Shown here: piece by piece, positions 18,128 through 26,480 of the stretch
Layout: every line of letters begins with the position of its first letter
How positions within the stretch are numbered: the first letter of the stretch is position 1
Assembly: GCA_046730015.1 (NCBI GenBank)
Contig: JBKPHT010000126.1
Location: forward strand, 1,074 to 65,073
DNA: 64,000 nucleotides
Origin: Actinomycetota bacterium
GTDB lineage: Bacteria > Actinomycetota > Acidimicrobiia > Acidimicrobiales > VFJN01
Direction: 5' to 3'
Notes under the pieces: generated by a model
Told to the model about the DNA's origin: nothing
What the model saw: only the letters and a program-made list of their open reading frames with translations
The model's database searches: none
Translations under genes and position numbers: made by a program

Positions 18128-19468
18128 TCACCCCAGCCGGTCGGCCAGCCGCTCCAGCCCGGCGACCCGGCTGCCCTTGAGCAGCAGGACGTCACCCGGG
18201 CCCAGGTCTCCCAGGGCGGCGACCGCGCCGTCCAGGTCGTCGACCAGAGTGCCGCCGTAGGCCGGCACGCAGACCGCCACGACCTCCACCCCCAGGTCGC
18301 GTGCCATGTCGCCCACCGCCCGGTGCTCGGCCTCGCTGGTCGGGCCCAGCTCGGCCATCAGCCCGAGGACGGCCACGCGGCGACGGCCGTCCAGCGCCAC
18401 GAGGGCGCGCAGGGCGGCCGCCATGGAGGTGGGGTTGGCGTTGTACGCGTCGTTGAGCAGGCGGGCGCCGGACGGCAGCGTCCGCAGCTCCATCCGCCAG
18501 TGGGACACGGCGGCCGTTCCCAGCGCCGAGGCGACCCCCGCGAGCGGCACCTCGCAGGCCAGCGCGGCGGCCGCCGCGGCCAGGGCGTTCTCCACCATGT
18601 GGCGTCCCCGGGCGGCAAGCGCGACGTCCGCGTCACCCCACGGCGTCACCAGCCGGAACGACGGCCGCAGCTCGCCGTCGAGCACCACCCGCTCGGCCCG
18701 GACGTCGCCACCGTCGCCGAAGGTGACCGTCCGTGCCGTGCTGCGGCGCGCCATCGCGGCCACCCGCGGGTCGGCCGCGTTGAGCACCGCCACCCCCGAG
18801 GCCGGCAGCGCCGCCACCAGCTCGCCCTTGGCCCGGGCGACCTCGTCGAGCGACCCGAACGTCTCCGTGTGGACTGCGGCCACGCGGGTCACCACCCCGA
18901 CGGTCGGCCGGGCCATCGCGCACAGGGCGGCGACGTGGCCGGGGCCCCGGGCCCCCATCTCGACCACCAGCGCCTCTGTGCCGTCGTGCGCCCCGAGCAG
19001 GGTGAGCGGCACCCCCAGCTCGTTGTTGAACGAGTCGGCGCTGGCGGTCGTGTCGAAGCGGGCGGCCAGGGCGGCGGCCAGCATGTCCTTGACGCTGGTC
19101 TTGCCGATCGAGCCGGTGACCCCCACGACGCGGTCGGGCAGCCGGTCGCGGGCGGCGCCGCCGAGGGCGCCGAGGGCGACGACGGTGTCGTCCACCTCGA
19201 TCGCCGGCGCCCCCTCTCCGCCGGCCGGCCCGTCGGCCACCGATTCGGCCACCGGCCGCGAGGTGAGGTAGGCGGCGGCCCCCGCGGCCAGGGCTGCAGG
19301 GACGAAGTCGTGGCCGTCCCGCTCGGCGACCACCGGGACGAACAGCTCGCCCCCGGTGACCCGCCGCGAATCGATCTCGGCCCCGTCGACCACGGCGTCG
19401 GGGCCGACCAACCGGCCGCCGGTAACGCGGGCGATCTCCTTCGTGCACAGCTCCACGGCGGGCATCAT
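18128..19468 (-). CDS. murF: UDP-N-acetylmuramoyl-tripeptide--D-alanyl-D-alanine ligase
   Basis: Track ORF 18128..19591. Mur ligase motifs: GVTGSIGKTS (P-loop) and a C-terminal Mur ligase domain. I chose the start at MMPAVELCTKEIARVTGGRL (19466-19468). The upstream in-frame ATG at 19517-19519 would overlap the ddl start codon. Confidence 0.85.
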   Translation of the reverse strand: MMPAVELCTKEIARVTGGRLVGPDAVVDGAEIDSRRVTGGELFVPVVAERDGHDFVPAALAAGAAAYLTSRPVAESVADGPAGGEGAPAIEVDDTVVALGALGGAARDRLPDRVVGVTGSIGKTSVKDMLAAALAARFDTTASADSFNNELGVPLTLLGAHDGTEALVVEMGARGPGHVAALCAMARPTVGVVTRVAAVHTETFGSLDEVARAKGELVAALPASGVAVLNAADPRVAAMARRSTARTVTFGDGGDVRAERVVLDGELRPSFRLVTPWGDADVALAARGRHMVENALAAAAAALACEVPLAGVASALGTAAVSHWRMELRTLPSGARLLNDAYNANPTSMAAALRALVALDGRRRVAVLGLMAELGPTSEAEHRAVGDMARDLGVEVVAVCVPAYGGTLVDDLDGAVAALGDLGPGDVLLLKGSRVAGLERLADRLG

Positions 19469-19517
19469 CGCACCCGCTGCGCGGGCGGGCGCCAGGGCGG
19501 CGGTACGCTCGCCGGTC

Positions 19518-20588
19518 ATGGCCAGCCCTGAACGCGTCCGTCTCGTCGTGCTCTTCGGGGGCCGCTCGGCCGAGCACGAGGTCTCGTGCACGAGCGCCGC
19601 CCACGTGCTGCGGGCCGTCGACCTCGACCGCTACGACGTCGAGCCGATCGGGATCACCCGCGAGGGCACCTGGGTCCGGTCCGAGGACGCGCGGGCGGCC
19701 CTCGGCGCCGCCCGCCCCGAGAGCCTGCGGGCCACCGGCGCGGCGGTCGAGCCCCTGCCCACCGTGACCCCGGCGACCGGCGGCCTGCCGGTGGTCGTGC
19801 TGCCGCTGCTGCACGGCCCGCACGGCGAGGACGGCACGGTCCAGGGCCTGCTCGAGCTGGCCGGCGTCCCTTACGTCGGGTCGGGCGTGCTCGCCTCCGC
19901 GCTGTGCATGGACAAGATCAAGGCCAAGGAGGTCCTGGCCGGACGGCACCTGCCCCAGGTCCCCTACGTCGGGCTGCGCGACACCGACGTGGACCGGGCC
20001 CGGGAGGCGGTGGCGGCCGAGGGTCTCGCCTATCCCCTGTTCGTCAAGCCCGCCAACCTGGGGTCGTCGGTGGGCGTGACGAAGGTGGCGACCCCCGACG
20101 GCCTCGACGAGGCGGTCGCCGCGGCGGCGGGCTACGACGAGTGGGTCGTGATCGAGGAGGGCGTCGCCGGCCGGGAGATCGAGGTGGCGGTGCTGGGCAA
20201 CGCCGAGCCCCGCGCCTCGGTGCCGGGCGAGATCGTGTCGAGCCACGAGTTCTACGACTACGACGACAAGTACGTCGACGGCACCTGCGAGCTGCTCGTG
20301 CCCGCCCCGCTCGACGCCGACGCGGCCGACCGGGTCCGGGCCCTCGCCCTCGACGCCTACCGGGCGCTGCGGTGCGACGGCATGGCCCGGGTCGACTTCT
20401 TCTACGAGGAGGCCGGGCGGGGGTTCCTGGTCAACGAGGTGAACACCATCCCCGGCTTCACCCCGGTGTCGATGTACCCCAAGCTGTGGGAGGCGACCGG
20501 GGTCCCCTACCCCGACCTGGTCGACGAGCTGGTCCGGCTGGCCGTCGAGCGCCACGAGCGCCGCAGCCGCTTCTCCACCAAGCGCTGA
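19518..20588 (+). CDS. ddl: D-alanine--D-alanine ligase
   Basis: Last 356 aa of track ORF 19356..20588, from ATG 19518 (MASPERVRLVVLFGGRSAEHEVSC...). ATP-grasp motifs, EFYDYDDKY and NEVNTIPGFT, as in ordinary Ddl enzymes. Confidence 0.9.
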   Translation: MASPERVRLVVLFGGRSAEHEVSCTSAAHVLRAVDLDRYDVEPIGITREGTWVRSEDARAALGAARPESLRATGAAVEPLPTVTPATGGLPVVVLPLLHGPHGEDGTVQGLLELAGVPYVGSGVLASALCMDKIKAKEVLAGRHLPQVPYVGLRDTDVDRAREAVAAEGLAYPLFVKPANLGSSVGVTKVATPDGLDEAVAAAAGYDEWVVIEEGVAGREIEVAVLGNAEPRASVPGEIVSSHEFYDYDDKYVDGTCELLVPAPLDADAADRVRALALDAYRALRCDGMARVDFFYEEAGRGFLVNEVNTIPGFTPVSMYPKLWEATGVPYPDLVDELVRLAVERHERRSRFSTKR

Positions 20589-20656
20589 TCTCCCGGGCCG
20601 GGCAGTGCCCTGACCGGGAAGCGGACCGCGCCGCCGCCGGCCGCCGTGTCACCGAA

Positions 20657-20728
20657 CCCGAGGCGATAGGGGTCGGGGGCCGACCGCTATCGCCTCCAGA
20701 ACCGGCGATCGACCCGTATCGCCTCGGG
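20657..20728. terminator. Nested or alternative stem-loops between convergent ddl and tetR (putative bidirectional terminator)
   Basis: GAGGCGATAG-g-GGTCGG-ggg-CCGACC-g-CTATCGCCTC (20659-20696) forms a stem of about 16 bp. A third copy, TATCGCCTCGGG (20717-20728), can pair alternatively with CCCGAGGCGATA (20657-20668). Confidence 0.45.
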
Positions 20729-20732
20729 AACG

Positions 20733-21356
20733 TCACGGGGTGACCGGCGCGACCGACGGCACCAGCGCGTCCCGGAGGAGTGCCAGCAGCTCGTCGCGCC
20801 GCCGGACCAGCGACGCCAGCGTCGGCTCCTCGCCGAAGGCGCGCAGCACCTCGACCTCGGTCGCCAGCCCGGTCACCATCGAGTAGGCGGCCAGCAGGAT
20901 CAACCGTGGGTCGTGGCGGCGGATGCGGCCGGCGTCCATCTCGGCGGCCAGGAACGCCGCCGAGCGGTCGATGAGCGGGGTGAGCGCGCCCAGCATCCGG
21001 GTCGACGCCGGCGGGCCGAGACGGGTGACCTCCCGGAGGAAGCCGAGCATCGACGGGTGGCGGGCCGCGAGGCGGAACATGGCCCGGACGACCGCCTCCA
21101 CCCGGCCGAAGCCGGCGGCGTCGTCGGCCACCGCCCGCTCCAGGCGGCGGCTGACCTCGGCCGCGACCCGGTCGATGGCGGCGTCGAGCAGCGCCTCCTT
21201 GGAGGGGTACCAGTAGAGGATCGTCTGCTTGCGGACGCCGAGATCCCGGGCGAGGTCGTCGAGCGACGTGGCCCCGTAGCCCCGGGTGCCGAAGGCGTCG
21301 AGCGCGGCGGCGACCGCCCGCTCGGCGGTGCGTGACGGCGACGTCGACCGACTCAT
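20733..21356 (-). CDS. TetR family transcriptional regulator
   Basis: 207-aa ORF. N-terminal HTH AALDAFGTRGYGATSLDDLARDLGVRKQTILYWYPSKEALL. Divergent from the 21381 operon, 24 bp away. Confidence 0.9.
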   Translation of the reverse strand: MSRSTSPSRTAERAVAAALDAFGTRGYGATSLDDLARDLGVRKQTILYWYPSKEALLDAAIDRVAAEVSRRLERAVADDAAGFGRVEAVVRAMFRLAARHPSMLGFLREVTRLGPPASTRMLGALTPLIDRSAAFLAAEMDAGRIRRHDPRLILLAAYSMVTGLATEVEVLRAFGEEPTLASLVRRRDELLALLRDALVPSVAPVTP

Positions 21357-21370
21357 CTACCAAATGGTAG
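21357..21370. promoter_or_regulatory. Putative TetR operator palindrome
   Basis: Perfect palindrome CTACCA-AA-TGGTAG fills most of the 24-bp gap between the tetR start (21356) and the operon start (21381). A further GGTAGG half-site-like copy follows at 21375-21380. Confidence 0.55.
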
Positions 21371-21380
21371 ACAGGTAGGC

Positions 21381-23738
21381 GTGATCCCCGAGGCACTCGA
21401 CGGCACGCGCATCGCCATCACCGGCGGCACCGGCTTCCTGGGCACCGCCCTCGTCGAGCGGCTGCTGCGGTCGGTGCCCGGCTGCGAGCTGGTGCTGCTC
21501 ATCCGGCCCGGCAAGCGGTCGTCGGTCGCCCAGCGGGCCCGGCGCGAGATCTTCCGCAACGACGCGTTCGACCAGCTCCGCCGCGACCTGGGCCCCGACG
21601 AGTTCGACGCCCTGGTCGACCGGCGGGTCACGGTCGTCGCCGGCGACGTCGGCACCGACGGCCTCGGCCTCGACGAGGCCGGCCGGGCAGCGCTGGCGGG
21701 CTGCGACGTCGTCGTCCACTCCGCCGCCACCGTCGCGTTCGACTCGCCCCTCGACGCCGCCGTCGAGGTCAACCTCCTCGGCCCCAGCCGCATCGCCCTC
21801 ACCCTCCACGACCTGGGCGTCACCCCCCACCTGATCGCCGTCTCCACCTGCTACGTCGCCGGCAACCGGCGGGGCGCCGCCCCCGAGGAGCCCGTCCACG
21901 AGAGCCCCTTCTTCGTCGACGCCGACTGGCGGGGCGAGGTCACCGGCGCCCGCCGGGCCCGGGAGGACGCCGAGGCCGACAGCCGCACCCCCGAGGCCCT
22001 CGCCGGGTTCCGCAAGGAGGCCCGCCACGAGCTCGGCGCGGCCGGCACCCCGGCGCTGGCCGCCAAGACCGAGCAGCGCCGCCAGGCCTGGGTCAAGGAC
22101 CGGATGGTGGAGGCCGGCCGAGCCCGGGCCGCCTCCCTCGGCTGGCCCGACGCCTACGCCTACACCAAGGCGTTCGGCGAGCGGGCCCTGCTCCAGCAGC
22201 GCGGCGACATCCCGGTGTCGATCGTCCGGCCCTCGATCATCGAGTCGGCCTGGGCCGAGCCCCGGCCAGGCTGGATCCGCGGCTTCCGCATGGCCGAGCC
22301 GATCATCATCAGCTACGCCCGCGGCCTGCTCAGGGAGTTCCCCGGCGTGCCCGAGGGGACGGTCGACGTCATCCCCGTCGACATCGTCGTCGCCGCGGTC
22401 ATCGACGCGGCGGCCGGCGGGCCGCCCGCCGAGCCCGCCATCACCCAGGTCGCCTCCGGCTCGACCAACCCGCTCCGCTACCGCCACCTCGTCGACCTGG
22501 TCCGGGACTGGTTCACGGCCAAGCCCCTGTACGACAGCGAGGGCCAGCCGATCGTCGTGCCCGACTGGTCGTTCCCCGGCCGGGGCCGGGTCCAGCGCCA
22601 GCTCGAGCGGGCCAAGACCACCATCGAGCGGGCCGAGTCGACCCTCCAGCGGCTCCCCCTCCGAGGGAAGCAGGCCCTGTGGGCGGCCCGGCTGGAGGAG
22701 AAGCGGGAGGAGGCCGAGCGCGCCCTCGGCTACGTCGAGCTGTACGGCGCGTACGCCGAGTGCGAGGCGATCTACGGCGTCGACCGGCTGCTGGCCCGCT
22801 ACGAGCGGCTCGACGAGGCCGACCGGGCGGCGTTCTGCTTCGACCCCCGGGTGATCGACTGGGCCACCTACGTCCACGACGTCCACCTCCCGTCCGTCGT
22901 CCAGCACGCCCGGGTGCGGACCACCCCCGGCGGCCGGACGGTCGAGAACCGGGCCGACCGGCTCCGCCGCCAGGTGCTGTCGCCCGACCGCCAGTTCGCC
23001 GCCTTCGACCTGGAGAACACCCTCATCGCCTCCAACGTCGTGGCCTCGTACTCGTGGCTGGCGACCCGGCGCCTGCCCCGCGACGACCGGCTCCGCTACG
23101 CGCTCCGGACCCTGGCCGAGGCCCCGTCGCTGCTCGCCCTCGACCGGCGCGACCGCAGCGACTTCCTCCGCCACTTCTACCGCCGCTACGACAAGGCGCC
23201 GGTCGCCCAGCTCGACGAGGACGCAGCCGAGATGTTCAGCCACCTGCTGCTGGCCAAGTCGTTCCCGGCCGGCATCCGCCGGGTCCGGGACCACCGCGCG
23301 CTCGGCCACCGGACCGTGCTCATCACCGGCGCGCTCGACTTCGCGATCGGCCCCCTCCGGCCCCTGTTCGACGACGTCGTGTGCGCCCGGCTCGACACCC
23401 GGCCCGACGGCACCTACCGGGGCGAGCTCACCGACGTGCCGCCCACCGGCGAGGCCCGCGCCTCGGTGCTGGCCGACTACGCCGCGGCCAACGGGTTCGA
23501 CCTGGCCGAGGGCGTCGCCTACGCCGACTCGACGTCCGACCTGCCGATGCTGGACGCGGTCGGCTTCCCCGTGGCGGTCAACCCCGAGACCCGGCTGGCC
23601 GCTCTCGCCCGCAAGCGGGGCTGGCTGGTCGAGCACTTCGACAAGGCCGCCGGCGCCCCCCAGCCGCCGTTGCCAATCGGGCCCGCCTGGCACGGGGGCG
23701 GGCGGCCCGGCCTGCTCACCCGGGTGATGAGCCGGTGA
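21381..23738 (+). CDS. Fatty acyl-CoA/ACP reductase (NAD-binding-4, male-sterility type) fused to a HAD-IB hydrolase domain
   Basis: 785-aa ORF with a GTG start. N-terminal ITGGTGFLGTALVERLL and YAYTKAFGE (YxxxK) of the thioester-reductase/FAR fold. C-terminal half has HAD motifs FDLENTL (motif I, with Glu at the D+2 position) and YADSTSDLPML (motif IV). Confidence 0.75.
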   Translation: MIPEALDGTRIAITGGTGFLGTALVERLLRSVPGCELVLLIRPGKRSSVAQRARREIFRNDAFDQLRRDLGPDEFDALVDRRVTVVAGDVGTDGLGLDEAGRAALAGCDVVVHSAATVAFDSPLDAAVEVNLLGPSRIALTLHDLGVTPHLIAVSTCYVAGNRRGAAPEEPVHESPFFVDADWRGEVTGARRAREDAEADSRTPEALAGFRKEARHELGAAGTPALAAKTEQRRQAWVKDRMVEAGRARAASLGWPDAYAYTKAFGERALLQQRGDIPVSIVRPSIIESAWAEPRPGWIRGFRMAEPIIISYARGLLREFPGVPEGTVDVIPVDIVVAAVIDAAAGGPPAEPAITQVASGSTNPLRYRHLVDLVRDWFTAKPLYDSEGQPIVVPDWSFPGRGRVQRQLERAKTTIERAESTLQRLPLRGKQALWAARLEEKREEAERALGYVELYGAYAECEAIYGVDRLLARYERLDEADRAAFCFDPRVIDWATYVHDVHLPSVVQHARVRTTPGGRTVENRADRLRRQVLSPDRQFAAFDLENTLIASNVVASYSWLATRRLPRDDRLRYALRTLAEAPSLLALDRRDRSDFLRHFYRRYDKAPVAQLDEDAAEMFSHLLLAKSFPAGIRRVRDHRALGHRTVLITGALDFAIGPLRPLFDDVVCARLDTRPDGTYRGELTDVPPTGEARASVLADYAAANGFDLAEGVAYADSTSDLPMLDAVGFPVAVNPETRLAALARKRGWLVEHFDKAAGAPQPPLPIGPAWHGGGRPGLLTRVMSR

Positions 23739-24871
23739 AGGCCCTCGTCTTCTCCCGCAAGCCCGCCCGCTACGCGGCCGCCATGGTCGCCGGCTCGCTG
23801 CGCGCCGGCCGGGGCGCCCGCTACGGCCCCCTGGCGCTGCGCGACGTCGATCCGCCCGAGCTGCCCGGCCCCGACTGGCTGGTGCTGCGGCCGCGGCTGT
23901 CCGGCATCTGCGGCAGCGACCTGGCCACCGTCGACGGCCACTCGTCCCGCTACTTCGAGCCGATCGTGTCGTTCCCGTTCACGCCGGGCCACGAGGTCGT
24001 CGGCGACCTGGCCGACGGACGCCGGGCCGTGGTCGTGCCCGTGCTCACCTGCGCCACCCGGGGGATCTCGCCCCCCTGCGAGCAGTGCGCCGCCGGGCAG
24101 GTCAACCTCTGCGAGCGGGTCGCCTTCGGCCACCTGGAGCCCGGCCTCCAGTGCGGCTTCTGCGAGTCCACCGGCGGCGGCTGGTCGCAGCAGATGGTCG
24201 TCCACCCCACCCAGGTCGTGGAGGTGCCCGAGGCCCTGACCGACGAGCAGGCCGTCATGGTCGAGCCGCTCGCCTGCGCCGTGCACGCCGCCCGCCAGGT
24301 CGATGCCGGCCGCGTCGCGATCATCGGCGCCGGCACCCTCGGCCTGCTGACCGTCGCCGCGCTCCGGCGCCTCTCGCCGGCCACCGAGATCATGGCCACC
24401 GCCAAGCACCCCGACCAGCGGCGCTGGGCCAAGGAGCTGGGCGCCGACGTCGTGGTCGAGCCCGGCGAGCTGGCCCGGGCGGTCCGCTCGACCACCGGTT
24501 CGCTGGTGGTCGGCGACCAGCTGACCGGCGGGGTCGCGGCGGTCGTCGACTGCGTCGGCACCGAGGCCACCCTCACCCAGGCGCTCCGGGTGGTGGCGCC
24601 GGGGGGCACGGTCCACGCCGTGGGCATGCCGGCCCGGACCACCCTCGACCTCACCGGCCTGTGGCACCGCGAGAGCAGCCTGCGCGGCTGCTACGCCTAT
24701 CGGCGGGCCGACTTCGCCACCGCGCTCGACCTGGTGGACGAGCTCGACCTCGGCCGGCTCGTGACCGCCACCTATCCCCTGTCCCGCTACGAGGACGCGA
24801 TCGACCACGCCGCCCACGCCGGCGCGCGGGGCGCGGTGAAGGTCGCCTTCGACCTCCGAGGAGAACGTTAA
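23735..24871 (+). CDS. Zinc-dependent alcohol dehydrogenase (MDR family)
   Basis: Last 378 aa of track ORF 22679..24871, from GTG 23735 (GTGA overlap with the upstream stop). GHEVVG, a structural-zinc Cys cluster CATRGISPPCEQCAAGQVNLC, and Rossmann IIGAGTLG. Confidence 0.85.
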   Translation: MKALVFSRKPARYAAAMVAGSLRAGRGARYGPLALRDVDPPELPGPDWLVLRPRLSGICGSDLATVDGHSSRYFEPIVSFPFTPGHEVVGDLADGRRAVVVPVLTCATRGISPPCEQCAAGQVNLCERVAFGHLEPGLQCGFCESTGGGWSQQMVVHPTQVVEVPEALTDEQAVMVEPLACAVHAARQVDAGRVAIIGAGTLGLLTVAALRRLSPATEIMATAKHPDQRRWAKELGADVVVEPGELARAVRSTTGSLVVGDQLTGGVAAVVDCVGTEATLTQALRVVAPGGTVHAVGMPARTTLDLTGLWHRESSLRGCYAYRRADFATALDLVDELDLGRLVTATYPLSRYEDAIDHAAHAGARGAVKVAFDLRGER

Positions 24872-26467
24872 GTGCCCCGCCCCGGCTTCGTGCTCGACGT
24901 CGACCGCTCGACGCCTCCGATCCTGTTTCACCACGGCGAGAGCCTCCGGCTGGAGAAGCTGCCGGCCGGGCGGACCCGGGTGCTCTACCCCGGCGAGCCG
25001 CTCGACGCCCTCGACGACCCCGAGGGCGCCATCCGCCACGCGCTCGACCACCCGCTGGGCGACAGCGAGCCGTTGCGGGCCCTGCTGTGGCCGGGCATGA
25101 AGCTCACCATCTGCTTCGACGACGTCTCGCTGCCGCTGCCGCCGATGCGGCGGCCCGACATCCGGCAGCGGGTCATCGAGGCCGTGCTCGACCAGGCCGC
25201 CGCGGCCGGGGTCGACGACGTCCACGTCATCGCCGCCCTCGCGCTCCACCGGCGGATGACCGAGGCCGAGCTCCGCCACGCGGTCGGCGACCGGGTCTAC
25301 GACGCCTTCGCACCCCACGACCAGCTCTACAACCACGACGCCGAGGACCCCGACAACCTCGCCTACCTGGGCACCACCCCCCAGGGCGAGGAGGTCGAGA
25401 TCAACAGGCGGGCCGCCGAGTCCGACCTGGTCGTCTACGTCAACATCAACCTCGTGGCGATGGACGGCGGCCACAAGTCGACCGCCACCGGCCTGGCCAG
25501 CTACCGCAGCCTCCGCCACCACCACAACGTGCAGACCATGCGGCACAGCACCAGCTTCATGGACCGCCACAACTCCGAGCTCCACAGCTCCAACTGGCGG
25601 ATGGGCAAGGTGCTGCGCGACGCCGGGGTGAAGATCTTCCAGATCGAGTCCACCCTCAACAACGACACGTTCGGCACCTCCGGCCCCATGTCGGTGCTGC
25701 AGAAGCGGGAGTGGGAGTGGTCGGCCCGCGACCGGGCCGCGTTCGTGGCCATGAAGGCCGGGCTCGACCGGCTGCCCGCCAAGGCCCGGCGGCGGATCTT
25801 CCAGTCCTGGCAGGCGCCCTATGGGCTGACCTCGGTGCAGGCCGGCGAGGTCGAGGCCGTCCACGAGGCCACGACCGCCAACGTGTTCCGCCAGCAGCTG
25901 GTGCCGATGGAGGGGCAGACCGACATCCTCACCATGGGGCTGCCGTACATCTGCCCGTACAACGTCAACTCGGTGATGAACCCGATCCTCGTCATGTGCC
26001 TGGGGCTCGGCTACTTCTTCAACATGTACCGGGGGCGGCCGCCGGTCCGGGAGGGCGGCGTCGTCATCATGAGCCACCCCACCCCGTGGGAGTTCCACCC
26101 CGTCCACCACCCGAGCTACATCGACTTCTTCGAGCAGGTACTGGCCGACACCACCGACCCGGTGGAGATCGAGGCCCGCTACGAGAAGCAGTTCGCCGAG
26201 GACGAGTGGTACCGGCACCTCTACCGGACGAGCTACGCCTACCACGGCGTCCACCCGTTCTACATGTGGTACTGGGGGTGCCACGGCATGGACCATGCCG
26301 GCAAGGTGATCGTGGTCGGGGGCGAGCCCCGGTCGGTCCGCCGGCTCGGCTTCACCACCGCCTCCACCCTGCAGGACGCCCTGGAGATGGCCGAGGACGT
26401 CGTCGGCCGCCATGCCACGATCACCCACCTCCACAACCCGCCGCTGGTCATGGCGGACGTGAGCTGA
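24872..26467 (+). CDS. LarA-like (lactate racemase N-terminal domain / DUF2088) protein
   Basis: 531-aa ORF. The GTG start directly follows the ADH stop. LarA_N-like pattern KLTICFDDVSLPLPP...VHVIAALALHRRMTEAEL, then DLVVYVNINLVAMDGGHKSTATGLASYRSLRHHH (GGxK plus downstream His). Confidence 0.65.
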   Translation: MPRPGFVLDVDRSTPPILFHHGESLRLEKLPAGRTRVLYPGEPLDALDDPEGAIRHALDHPLGDSEPLRALLWPGMKLTICFDDVSLPLPPMRRPDIRQRVIEAVLDQAAAAGVDDVHVIAALALHRRMTEAELRHAVGDRVYDAFAPHDQLYNHDAEDPDNLAYLGTTPQGEEVEINRRAAESDLVVYVNINLVAMDGGHKSTATGLASYRSLRHHHNVQTMRHSTSFMDRHNSELHSSNWRMGKVLRDAGVKIFQIESTLNNDTFGTSGPMSVLQKREWEWSARDRAAFVAMKAGLDRLPAKARRRIFQSWQAPYGLTSVQAGEVEAVHEATTANVFRQQLVPMEGQTDILTMGLPYICPYNVNSVMNPILVMCLGLGYFFNMYRGRPPVREGGVVIMSHPTPWEFHPVHHPSYIDFFEQVLADTTDPVEIEARYEKQFAEDEWYRHLYRTSYAYHGVHPFYMWYWGCHGMDHAGKVIVVGGEPRSVRRLGFTTASTLQDALEMAEDVVGRHATITHLHNPPLVMADVS

Positions 26468-26480
26468 GGGCACCGACGCG

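Noticed and set aside
19518-20588. Possible VanA-type D-Ala-D-Lac ligase, because the ligase is paired with an isolated murF.
   Set aside because: The omega-loop region reads EFYDYDDKY, like ordinary D-Ala-D-Ala ligases as I remember them. No vanH, vanX or vanRS genes are nearby.
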